Below are positions 1 to 10,357 of a DNA stretch of 64,000 nt, one piece after another. The notes beneath the pieces are model-generated. The model was given only the letters and a program-made list of their open reading frames with translations, had not been told where the DNA came from and searched no databases. The translations under genes were made by a program, and so were the position numbers. Each line of letters starts with the position of its first letter. Positions within the stretch are counted from its first letter, which is position 1. The DNA comes from Prasinococcaceae sp. CCMP 1430 (Eukaryota > Plantae > Prasinodermophyta), in the NCBI GenBank assembly GCA_013416795.1, contig RQSC01000026.1, forward strand, positions 157,701-221,700, read 5' to 3'.

Positions 1-250
1 CGCGCGCAGCGTGGCGCGCAAAGGTGCGCGAGCGCGCACGCGCTGCGCGCTCGCCAGCGCGCACGCGTTGCTCGCCGCCCGCCCGCGCAAGTGCGCATGT
101 GAGCTCGCGCGAGCACAGTGCCCCAGCGTTTCTTCGGGCCGCGCGCCGCTGCCCGACGTGCTCCTGTGTCCCCACGCGAGAGCGCTGACGCTCGCTTCTC
201 GCGCGCTGACGCCGACGCCCGCGCGCGACGGTCCGCCTTCGCGCCCCTAG

Positions 251-1793
251 GTCTCGTCATCCGCCTCCGCGCCGGTGGCCGCGCCGCCCTCGCGCGCGGT
301 GCTGCTGTCGGTGGGGTGCGCAGCAGCGGCGTCGATGTCGTTCGGCTACCACCTTGGCGCGTGCAACGGCCCGCTCGACGCCATCGCGGCCGCCGTCGCG
401 GCCGACGGCGCGGCGCTCTCGTCGGCCGCCAAAGGTCTCATCGTCTCGGCGGCGCTCGCCGGCGCCGCGGCGGAGCTCGCGCTCTGCGCGCTGCCGCTGC
501 TCGCGGGGTCGGCGCTCGCGAGCGCCGCGGCGGGGTACTCGGCGGTCGTCGTCGGCCGGCTGCTCGTGGGCGTCGGCATCGGCGCGGGCTCGGCCGTGGC
601 GCCCCTGCTCATCTCGGAGGTCGCGCCCACGCACCTGCGCGGCGCCCTCGGCAGCTCCAACCAGCTCTTCATCTGCGTCGGCATCCTCGCGGCCCTGTGC
701 GCCAACGTGGCGTTCGGCCCGGCGGGCTGGCGCGCCACCTTTGCGCTGGCGCTCGTGCCCGCGGCGGCGCAGCTCGCGGGCTCGCTGGTCGTGGCCACCG
801 AGAGCCCGAGCTGGCTGGCCGCCCAGGGCCGAACGGCCGAGGCGGCCAAGGCTGCCAAGGCGCTGTGGGGCGAGGGCGCGCGCGCCCCCGCCGCCACCGC
901 GGACTCGGGCGGCTCGGGCGCTGCCGTGGGCTGGGCGGCCGCGCTCTCCTCGCGCTACCGCGGCCCGCTCCTCGCTGGCGCGGCGCTCTTCCTGCTGCAG
1001 CAGTTCTCCGGAGTGAACGCCATCGTGTACTTCAGCTCGGACGTGTTCCGGTCAGCCGGCGTCCCCTCTGAAGCCGCAGCGTCGGCGGCGGTGGGGCTGT
1101 TCAACGTGCTCGGCACGCTGGCCGCCATGACGGTCATCGAGCGGCTGGGGCGCAGGACGCTCCTCATGGGCTCGTTCGCGGGCATGGGCGCGGCGATGGC
1201 GCTCATGGCGGCGACGATGGCGGCAGGCCCGGGCGCGCTCCCCGCGGCCGTGAGCGGCGGTGTGGCGCTCTTTGGTACGCTCGCGTACATCGTGGCGTTC
1301 GCGCTGGGCGCGGGGCCGGTGCCCGCGTTGCTCGTGCCGGAGATGAATCCCGAGGCGGTGCGCTCCAAGGTGCGCGCGCTGCGTGGGGCGTGCGATCCCG
1401 GAGCGACCGCTCGCGCCGAATATTCCCGCGAGCGCGTGCGCTCGCGGGCGTTCCTCGTTGCTTTCGCGCGCGCGAGCGCGCGCGTCCGAGCGCGCGCACG
1501 CGCGAAGCGCGCAGCTGACAGATGAGGTGCGCAACTTCACACGACGCGCGCACCACGCCAACGCGCGCACGCGAACGTCCTGCGCGGACCAGGCGGGCTC
1601 GGCGGCCATGCTGTCGCACTGGGTGTTCAACTTCACGCTCGGCCAGTGCTTCCTGCCAGCGGTAGCCGCAGTCGGCGTGAGCGGCGTGTACGCGTTCTTC
1701 GCTACCGTGTGCGCCCTGAGCGTGGCCTTCGTGGCCCGATTCGTGCCTGAGACCACCGGCATGAGCCTCGACGAGCTCGAGTCGGCCGTCTGA
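251..1793 (+). CDS. MFS sugar porter, plastidic glucose transporter (pGlcT)-like; 5' exon(s) outside window; exons 251-1369 and 1593-1793
   Basis: Sugar-porter motifs FGYHLG, ISEVAP..RG, ESPSWL, QQFSGVNAIVYFS, ERLGRR, VPETTGMSLDE. Intron 1370-1592 (GTGCGC..GCTGAC..CAG) restores the frame. The D-x-x-G-R-R loop after TM2 appears to be missing near 470. Confidence 0.88.
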
Positions 1794-2147
1794 GCACACG
1801 TGCACATGCACGAGGACGAAACACGCGCGCATGCTCGCATTCACGCACGCACGCACGCACGCACGCACACAAACGCGCAGCACACGCAGCACGCACGGCA
1901 CGCCTGTCAGGCGCTGCCGACGGCCGCATGTGCGAGCCAAGAAACGAATGAGCGCACGGTGCTTATAAATCGCATACATGCGAGGATGCGCGCGCGCGCG
2001 CGCGCGCGTGTCAAAATCGAGGTGTGCGCGTGTACGTGCGAGTACGTCCGTGTGTGGTTGTGTGTGTGCGGTTGTGTGCCTTCGTGCGCGGGCTCGGCGC
2101 AAACACATAGAACGGTCCGCGCGTCGGCCACGCGCGCGCCCCGGAGC

Positions 2148-3720
2148 TCAGAGCCTCGCGAACGGCCCCATGCCCTTGATGGCCTGCCTCATCGCGAGGT
2201 CGTCCAGGATCTCCTCCGACCCGCCGAGGATGGCGCCAAACTTCTGGTACCGCGCAATGCGCTCGACGACTGCGCCCATGCCCGTCTTGGTGATGGCGCG
2301 CCCGCCGAAGACCTGCGCGGCGTAGTCGCACACGTGCGCCATCGCGCGCGAGCACTTGGCCTTGCACAGCGCGATGGGGCCGCCCAGCTGCTTGTGGCTC
2401 GTCCGCGGGTCCATCGTGCACATCTGGTAGGTGAGGCTCTCCACCCACGCGTGGCACGCCTCCACCTCGGCGGCCATCGATGCCAGGCGGCTGCGGATGA
2501 CGGGCTGGGAGAGCAGCGGCTTGCCGAAGGTCTTGCGCACCGCCGCCCAGCGCAGGCACTCCTCGAGGACCTTGCGCGAGTAGCCCACGATGCCCACGCA
2601 CATGGCCCAACGCTCGTGATTGAAATTGACCATGATGCACATGAAGCCCAGGTTTTCCTGGCCGAGCAGGTTGGCGACGGGCACGCGCACCTTGTCGAAG
2701 GTGACGAAGGCCGTGCCCGCGGCGCCGCCGTAGCGCGTCTGCATGAGCTTGGTGCTCACGTTGTCGTCGCGCTCGATGAGGAGCAGGCTCACGCCCATCG
2801 CGCCCTGCCCGCCCGTGCGCACCGCCGTCACGAAGTAGTGCGCGGACGTGCCGTTCGTGATCCACTTCTTGGTGCCCGACACCTCGTAGAAGCGCCCGCA
2901 GGGCGTCTTGGTGGCGGTGGCGGTGATCTGCGCGGCGTCCGAGCCCGCGTAGGCGTCCGAGATGGCCAGCGCGATGCGGCGCTCGCCCGAGAGCACGCGC
3001 GGCACCACCTCGTCGCGCAGCGCGGGCGGCGCGAAGTTCACCACCGGTGGCAGGCCGATGGTGAGGCCGCCGGCGAGGCCGTCGCCCAGCGCGGGGCAGC
3101 CCAGCCGGCAGAACTCCTCCGAGATGATCAGCTCGTGGAAGTAGTCGAATTCCTCGGGCTTGACGCCTCCGGGCAGCGCCCATCCCCGCAGGTGCTCGCC
3201 CGGACCCAGGCGCGCCGCGAGGATGCCCGCCTCGCCCATCTTGCGATTGATCTCCCCGGCGGGCTCCTTGCCCTCGGCCTCCATCTGGGCGGCCACCGGC
3301 GCGAGCTCGCGCTCGACGAACTCGCGGCACGCCGCGCGGAAGGCGTGGTGCGAGGCGTTGTAGTACGGCGAGCTCCAGCCCTTGCGCGAGGCGGGCTCGG
3401 CGCAGTACGGCGGCGCGGCTCCCGGCGGCAGCTTGGCGGGCGGCGTCGCGCCCTCGAGCACGCCGATCTTGAGGCGCGGCAGGTACTTGGTCAGCACCTC
3501 GCTCCGGTGCAGCGCGTAGAACTCGGCCGAGCACTCGGTGCCCGCCACGGCCTCGAGCGCCTGCGCGCCGCCGGGGTGCAGGCGCGCGAACTTGGACACG
3601 TCCATCACGTGGCCGTCGACAGCGATCCACATCCCCGCCTCGGGGCTGCCGTGCGCCTTGAGCTCGGCGTGCGTGACGACCCGCTCGGCGGCCTCCTGCG
3701 CGAGCGCCTGGGCGGCGCGG
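2148..3720 (-). CDS. Acyl-CoA dehydrogenase with N-terminal cytochrome b5-like domain; start not resolved
   Basis: b5 motifs WIAVDGHVMDVSKF..HPGG..FYALH, then ACAD motifs ALAISDAYAGSD, GTKKWITNG, FDKVRVP, NFNHERW, RKTFGKPL, ILGGSEEI. Confidence 0.9.
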
Positions 3721-3721
3721 C

Positions 3722-4520
3722 GCGCGCCGGCCGTCAGCTTCATCGACGAGATCGACGTGATCGCGCCGAAGCGCGAGAGCGCCGCGAGGGAGATGGAGAG
3801 GCGCATTGTGGCGCAGCTGCTCACCTCGATGGACCAGCTCGGCCAGCACGACGATGGAGAGGGCGCCCGTGGAGGCGAAGGCGGTGGCGGCGAGGCAGAC
3901 GGCGGCGCTGCGCGCCCAGCACGCCCGCACGTCATCGTGCTTGGCGCGTCGAACCGGCCCGACGCCCTCGACAGCGCGCTGCGTCGCGCGGGCCGCTTCG
4001 ATCGCGAGATCATGCTGGGCGTGCCCGACGAGGGCGCGCGGCTGCGCATCCTGCAGCGCGTCACCGAGCGCGTACGCCTCGACGGCGTGCTCGATCTGCG
4101 CACCATTGCGCGAAACACGCCGGGCTACGTCGGCGCAGACCTCATGGCGCTCGCCAAAGAGGCCGCTGCCGTCGCGCTCGCTCGCGTCTTCAAGCAGCTC
4201 GAGGAGCGGGACGCCGCGGAGGAGCGAGCGATCGACGCGGCGGGCGAGGACGGAGTTGGCAATGGCGCGGACGCCGACATGGGCGTGGGCGCGCCAGCGG
4301 GCGCGGCTTCGGGCGCGGGTGTGGGCGCGGAAGCCGCCATGGACGTCGACGGCGCCTGCGCCACTGCCGGTGGCGCGCCCGTCGTGGAGGAGCAGCCCTT
4401 CTCGTGCGCTGTGCGCGCGGCGCCGCTGACCGCTGAGGAGCTCGCCGGGGTGGCCGTGTGCGCCGAGGACTTCGAGGCGGCGCTGGAGCGCGTGCAACCC
4501 AGCGCGACGCGNGCGAGGGC
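3722..4520 (+). CDS. Fragment of a type II AAA+ ATPase (NVL/Rix7/CDC48C-like), D1 from Walker B to the D1-D2 linker only
   Basis: FIDEID..APKRE...REMERRIVAQLLTSMD, ASNRPDALDSALRRAGRFDREI, TPGYVGADL, VQPSA. No Walker A or D2; ends at the single N 4512. Confidence 0.85.
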
Positions 4521-4678
4521 GCGCTCGCGCGAGCTGTTTCGGGGCCCGAAACGAGGCCCACGCGCGTGTGGGCCACGCGCGGGGCGCGCCCCGTCCCGCG
4601 CGCGCCGCTCCCCACATCGCCCCCCTCCGCGCGCTCCGCCCATCGGCTCAATCTGACCCGCCGCCCGCGCACCCGCAG

Positions 4679-5586
4679 GTGTGGAGCGTCCACCGCCGCG
4701 GCCCCCAAGCCCGTCGAGGCGCCGATGGTGCGCCCGCGCGCGTGGGCGACCGAGCGCGGCCTGGGCTGACTGAACCGGCTGGCGCGCGCGCGCGTGGCCG
4801 ATGCCGGTGCGCCCGTGCGGCCCGGCGACCAAGCTCGGAAATGCGCGCGCCGCGCGCCCCCAGCCTCGAATGCTGCGGCCGTGCGCGTCGCGAGCGTCTG
4901 CGGCGGCGGCGGGGTGCTGGATGCGCGCTCGCGCTCGCGCTCGCGCTCGCCCCCGCGCTCGCATCGGGGACCTGCCGCTGACTGCCTGTGCGTGCCCACT
5001 CGCTTCTCGGCTGGCGCGCGAGCAGGCCCCAGGGAAGGCTGCGGACCTCCCCGCCGCCGACCTGCTCGACGTTGAGAACGCCTCCGAAGAGGAGCAAAAT
5101 GCCGCTCTCAAGATCCAAGCCGTCGCGCGCGGCAACGCGGCTCGAAAGGAGGTCGAGGCGATGAAGGCCGATGCGGAGGCGCCCGACGCCGAGGAGGCCA
5201 CGCCGGCCGAGGAGCCCGCTGCAGAGGAGCCTGTTGCAGAGGAGCCGGCCGCCGAGGAGCCCGCTGCGGAGGAGCCGGCCGCAGAGGAGCCCGCTGCGGA
5301 GGAGCCCGCTGCGGAGGAGCCGGCCGCAGAGGAGCCCGCTGCGGAGGAGCCCGCTGCGGAGGAGCCCGCTGCGGAGGAGCCCGCTGCGGAGGAGCCCGTT
5401 GCGGAGGAGCCCGCTGCTGAGGAGCCCGCTGCTGAAGAGCCCGCTGCTGAAGAGCCCGCTGCTGAAGAGCCCGCTGCGGAGGAGCCTGCTGCGGAGGAGG
5501 CCGCTGCGGAGGAGCCCGCCGCTGAGGAGGAGCCTGCCGCTGAGGAGGAGCCTGCCGCTGAGGAGGAGCCTGCCGCTGAGGAGTAG
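4679..5586 (+). CDS. Putative N-acylated IQ-motif protein with acidic (EEPAA)n tail; exons 4679-4727 and 5026-5586; first micro-exon not found
   Basis: Exon after CTGAC..CAG reads (G)[16 protein letters not shown]. Intron 4728-5025. Next exon has [16 protein letters not shown] (IQxxxRGxxxR), then the repeats and TAG. Confidence 0.7.
5209..5583 (+). repeat. Coding minisatellite, 15-bp unit GAGGAGCCCGCTGCG (EEPAA), about 21 copies plus three 18-bp (EEEPAA) units
   Basis: Directly visible tandem array with variation mostly at third codon positions. Confidence 0.95.
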
Positions 5587-5951
5587 GCGGTCCGAAAGCT
5601 CGCCTGGCAGCGCGCGCCACGCTGAGAAAGGGTCTTACACGACAGCAGGGATCCCAGCGCACGAGCGAGCGCACGTAAATTACAACAATCCCCCACTACC
5701 AGGCTCGAGGCGCACGCACGACACGCGGCCACGGCCGGTGAGCCGACAAAGGACACCTGCCAACCGGGGCCCGCCGCGCGCCTCTCGCGAGCGTCGTGAG
5801 CGTACAGGCGCGGCGCCCACGCCGCCGGTGTACTGGAACATGTCTATGTTAACAGGGGAAAAAAAGGTTCAAGATCAACGCGTCAGGCAGCGCAAGGGGC
5901 CTTGGAGGATGATTCTGAAGCGTGTTCGCGTCGGCCACGTGTGGAGGGACT

Positions 5952-7055
5952 CTACATGCCGCCCTCGATGATGCCGCCGAGCGTGAAGAGGGTCGGCGGG
6001 AAGGCCAGCGCCGCGCCGAGGATCATCGCGCCCTTGGCGGCCGCGGCCGCGTCAAAGGACTCGTCCTCTGGCGCCGGCGCGCCGGTGTCGTTGCGCGTGA
6101 ACGCGTCGACGCCGCTGGTCAGCGTGGGCCTCACGCTGGCGTCGCAGACCTTGTGGATGGTCTCGTCGATGGGCTCGACGATGAAGGGAATGGTCGCGAG
6201 GCCGATCGCCGTGGGAATGCCCGCGAGCACGCTCACGGCCGCGGCATCGACGCTGCCGCCCGCAGCCGCGAGTAGCGGCTCCGGCAGCGCGCCCGCGACG
6301 GCCGCGGCGGCTTCCTTGGCAGGCTCAATCGAATCGAGCGCGCGCGTGGTGCATGCCACGACAAGGTGGATGACACTGCCGGGCACGAAGACCGACGCCA
6401 GGAGCTGCCATGTGAGCGCATCAGTGGCGGTCGCCGCCACGCGCACGGCCTGGTGCGCGAGAGCAAACGCGCGCGGGCGAGGAAGGGAGGGAAGGGGAGG
6501 GGTAAGGGGAGGGGGAGTCAGTCCCATTGGCTGGGCGTGCGCGCGACCGGCGGCACGGGCACGCAGAAGGCTGGAGGCGCGCCTGCGAGCAGCGCCAGCG
6601 CCGCCTCGTAGGGCGCGGCGGGGCCGCGCGTCGGTGCGGTCCGAGCGCGCGCGGGACGCACCCTGACGGAGGTCGACGGGTCCGTCTCGCACTTGGCCGA
6701 GATCTTCCACTCCTTGGCCGCCTTGTCGGCGGTGTCCGCGAGCACGTAGCTGATTGCGAGCGCGTACGAGGCGGGCACGCCCCAGCCGGGCAGGAACGCC
6801 CGGCACGCCTCGCCGACCTCGTTGGCGTAGCCGAGGTAGCGCACGGGCGTGTCGCGCCAGATGTCGACCTCGGCCTCCTCGGCTGCGATCTCATCCATGA
6901 CGCACTGCTCCTTCTCGTCGAGCGGCTGCGCCGCGAGCTTGTCGCCCCCCGAGCCCGGCGCGCTCGCCGCCGCGCGCACCGCCGCGCGGCGCGACGGCGC
7001 GCGCGGACGCCGAGGCCACGCGCGCCGCGCAGCGCGCGGTCATCATCGCGGCCAT
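5952..7055 (-). CDS. MTP18/MTFP1-family protein with transit-peptide-like N-terminus; intron 6450-6661; apparent frameshift near 6985
   Basis: DIWRDTPVRYLGYANEVGEA, SYALAISYVLADTADK, DALTWQLLASVFVPG, PTAIGLATIPFIVEPID are MTP18-family blocks. Confidence 0.85.
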
Positions 7056-7439
7056 CGCGACGGCACCGCCACCACCACCACCACCACAAGCAAGCAAGCA
7101 AGCAACGACGGCGCCGACGACAGAGGGCCTCCCGCGCGCCAACCCCCCTCTGCTGCCGCGCGCGCTCGCCGTGCTGTGGCGTCCCCCGTGCCACGCGCCC
7201 GCGCCGACGAAAAAACCACCGTCTCGCCATCAAAACGCATGCGTTGTAGATATTTTCGGCGCGTACGCGCGCGCGCGTGCTGACGCCGCCGAAATCGTCC
7301 CCCAAACGCAGGAGGAGGTGCTGCGTGCATTTTGACGCGCATTCGAACTCTCAAACCCTAACCCTAAACATCGGCGGCGTCTGAGTCAGCGCGGGCGCGC
7401 GCGCGCATCGCCACAGCCTCGCAGCACACACGGGACGCG

Positions 7440-7724
7440 TCACTGGCGTGGTTTACTCGGGTTTGGCGGCGACTTTCCCCTGTCCTCGAACCACTTCCTC
7501 CACTTGGTGACCTCGTAGATGCCGCCGAACTTGACCGCGCTGATGAAGGCCGCCTCCGCGACGGCCTCCATCGCCTGGTCGGCGGTCTGCCCGCCCCTCA
7601 CCGCGTCGCGCAGGTAGCGCAGCTGGTCCTTGCGCTCGATGCCCATCGACTTGACGTCGATGCCGAGCTCCTCGCACTCCTTGCGGATCTCCTCGCGCGC
7701 GCGCAGGCGGTCGAAGTACCACAG
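7440..7724 (-). CDS. Terminal exon of an unknown protein; upstream part lies in the gap
   Basis: CTGAC..CAG acceptor at 7725, strong GC3 codon bias, LWYFDRLRAREEIRKECEELG..KWRKWFEDRG. Confidence 0.6.
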   Translation of the reverse strand: MWYFDRLRAREEIRKECEELGIDVKSMGIERKDQLRYLRDAVRGGQTADQAMEAVAEAAFISAVKFGGIYEVTKWRKWFEDRGKSPPNPSKPRQ

Positions 7725-7776
7725 CTGCGCGCGCGGGCGTGGGCGGGCGGGCGGGCGAGCGCGGGAGCGTCAGAAG

Positions 7777-8213
7777 NNNNNNNNNNNNNNNNNNNNNNNN
7801 NNNNNNNNNNNNNNNNNNNNNNNNNNNNNNNNNNNNNNNNNNNNNNNNNNNNNNNNNNNNNNNNNNNNNNNNNNNNNNNNNNNNNNNNNNNNNNNNNNNN
7901 NNNNNNNNNNNNNNNNNNNNNNNNNNNNNNNNNNNNNNNNNNNNNNNNNNNNNNNNNNNNNNNNNNNNNNNNNNNNNNNNNNNNNNNNNNNNNNNNNNNN
8001 NNNNNNNNNNNNNNNNNNNNNNNNNNNNNNNNNNNNNNNNNNNNNNNNNNNNNNNNNNNNNNNNNNNNNNNNNNNNNNNNNNNNNNNNNNNNNNNNNNNN
8101 NNNNNNNNNNNNNNNNNNNNNNNNNNNNNNNNNNNNNNNNNNNNNNNNNNNNNNNNNNNNNNNNNNNNNNNNNNNNNNNNNNNNNNNNNNNNNNNNNNNN
8201 NNNNNNNNNNNNN
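7777..8213. other. Assembly gap
   Basis: N run. Confidence 1.
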
Positions 8214-9465
8214 GCGGCGGCGCGCGGGCGCTCGCCGACGCGGTGAGCGTCGCGTGCCTGCGCGAGCTCACGGCGGAGCGGCTGGAGCGCGGGGACCTCG
8301 ACTACTACGAGGGCGGCGCGGAGGACGAGCGGTGCGTGCGGCGCAACGTCGCGGCGCTGGAGGCCGCGGTGGTGTGGCCGCGCGTGCTGCGTGCCGTCGG
8401 CGAGGTCGACGCGGGCACCGAGCTGCTCGGCCGGCGGTACGCGTGCCCGGTCGGCGTCGCACCAGTCGCGATGCAGCGGCTGGCGCACCCCGACGGCGAG
8501 CGAGCGGCCGCCGCGGCGTGCGCCCGGCGTGGCGCGCTGTACGTGTTGGCGCAGCAGTCGACCACGCGGCTCGAGGACACGGCGGCCGCGGCTGAGGCCG
8601 CCGCGAGCGGGGCACCGCGCTGGTTCCAGGCGTACGTCTTCCGCGACCGCGACGCGACCGCCGCGCTCGCCGCGCGCGCCAAGGCGGCCGGCTGCACCGC
8701 CCTGGTCGTGACTGTGGACGCACCAGTGCTCGGCCGCCGCGAGCGCGACCAGCGCAACCGCTTCGCGCTGCGAAAGGGCTTGAAGCTCGCCAATGTCGGG
8801 TCGACGGCCGCGCAGCCAGGCGCAGCCTCCGCCGCCGGGGCGCAGAGCGCGCTCGCCAAGCGCATCGGCGGGCGCGACGCCAACCTCGTGTGGGAGGCCG
8901 TTCCGGAGCTCTTTGATCTCACCGGCCTTCCGGTGGTGCTCAAGGGTGTCGTGTCACACGACGACGCTCGCCGAGCGTGCGAGACACGCGGCGTCGCGGC
9001 GGTGTGGGTGAGCAACCACGGCGGGCGACAGCTGGACGTGTCGCCCAGCACGTTCGAAGCATTGCCGGAGGTGCGTTCGCGCGTGCGCTCTCTCGCGTGC
9101 GCTCGGGCGCCGTCGCGCTCCCGCGCGCTCCCGCGCGTGCTGACCGCGGCCCGGCGTGAACGCAGGTGGTCGCGGGCGTGGGCGGCCGTCTTCCCGTGCT
9201 GTTCGACGGCGGCGTGCGCCGTGGCACTGACGTCCTCAAGGCGCTCGCGCTGGGCGCAGCCTTCGTGTTCGTCGGGCGTCCAGTGGTGTACGCGCTCGGC
9301 GCCAGCGACGACGGCGAGGCGGGCGTCGATCGCATGCTCGCCATGCTCGAGAATGAGCTCAAGTCCGCCATGGCGCTCGCGGGTGCGCGCACGGTCGCCG
9401 ACCTCGCCAGGCACCACGTGCAGCTGCCGGGCGAGCGGCCGCCCCGGCTCGCCGCGAGGCTGTAG
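8214..9465 (+). CDS. FMN-dependent 2-hydroxy-acid oxidase/dehydrogenase (glycolate oxidase family); intron 9071-9165; 5' end in gap
   Basis: [70 protein letters not shown]. Confidence 0.92.
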
Positions 9466-10096
9466 CAACCAAGCGGCGCGCCTCCGGCCGCGCCGCGGCG
9501 CCAGTAATAACGACGGCCGCGCGCCTGCTGCGCCTCCCCGCCTCCGCCCGCCCATCGCCCTCCTCCCGCTCGCCCGCGCCCACCTCGTCGGCGCCACNGA
9601 ACGCGCGCAGCGGCCGCCCAAATTACCGATACGCGAGTTTTCCACGGTGAAGGACGCGTCCTCCCGAGACTTTGAATGTCAAAACGCATACATTTTATTG
9701 GGTGTTGGCCCAAAGTGCGCTCTGCGTGGTCGTGTTGTCGAAACGACGGAATTGAAAGTTGGGTGTGCTGGACGCGCAAAGGTGGTGGCGCGCGGCGCGC
9801 GCGCGCCACTGCGCGCGCGCACGCGCGCGGGGGAAGGGGGCGCGCAACAGCCCCTCCCCCTGCCCGCACGCACCACCGCGCGCGCGCGCCGTCCGAGCTC
9901 GGGCTCGGACGCGCGTGTGGGTGCGGGTGTGGGTGTGCCGCCCGCGCCCCGCAGGGGCGCGCGGCCGCTCCTCCCTGCCGGCGGGAGGGGGCGCGGCGCG
10001 GCCGGCCCCCTCGGGGGGCGCGTTAGGGGAGGCGGCGGGGGGGCGCGCCGTGCAGTGGCGCGGGGGAGAGAGAGACACGGCGGGTGGGGTGGGGGG

Positions 10097-10312
10097 ATGA
10101 CGCGCGGTGGCGTGAGGCACCGCGCGAAGAAGGCCGCGGCGGCCGCTGCGAGCGCCACAGGGGCGAACGGCGGGGGCGCGGGTGCCCGCGCGAGCGGCGC
10201 GCCGCCGCATGGCGGCGTTGCCGCGCAGCAGCAGCTCTTCCCGCCGCTGCAGGCCGTGAGCACGCAGCAGCAGCAACAACAGCAGCAGCAGCGGCCGCTG
10301 CAGCGACCACTT

Positions 10313-10357
<45 letters not shown>

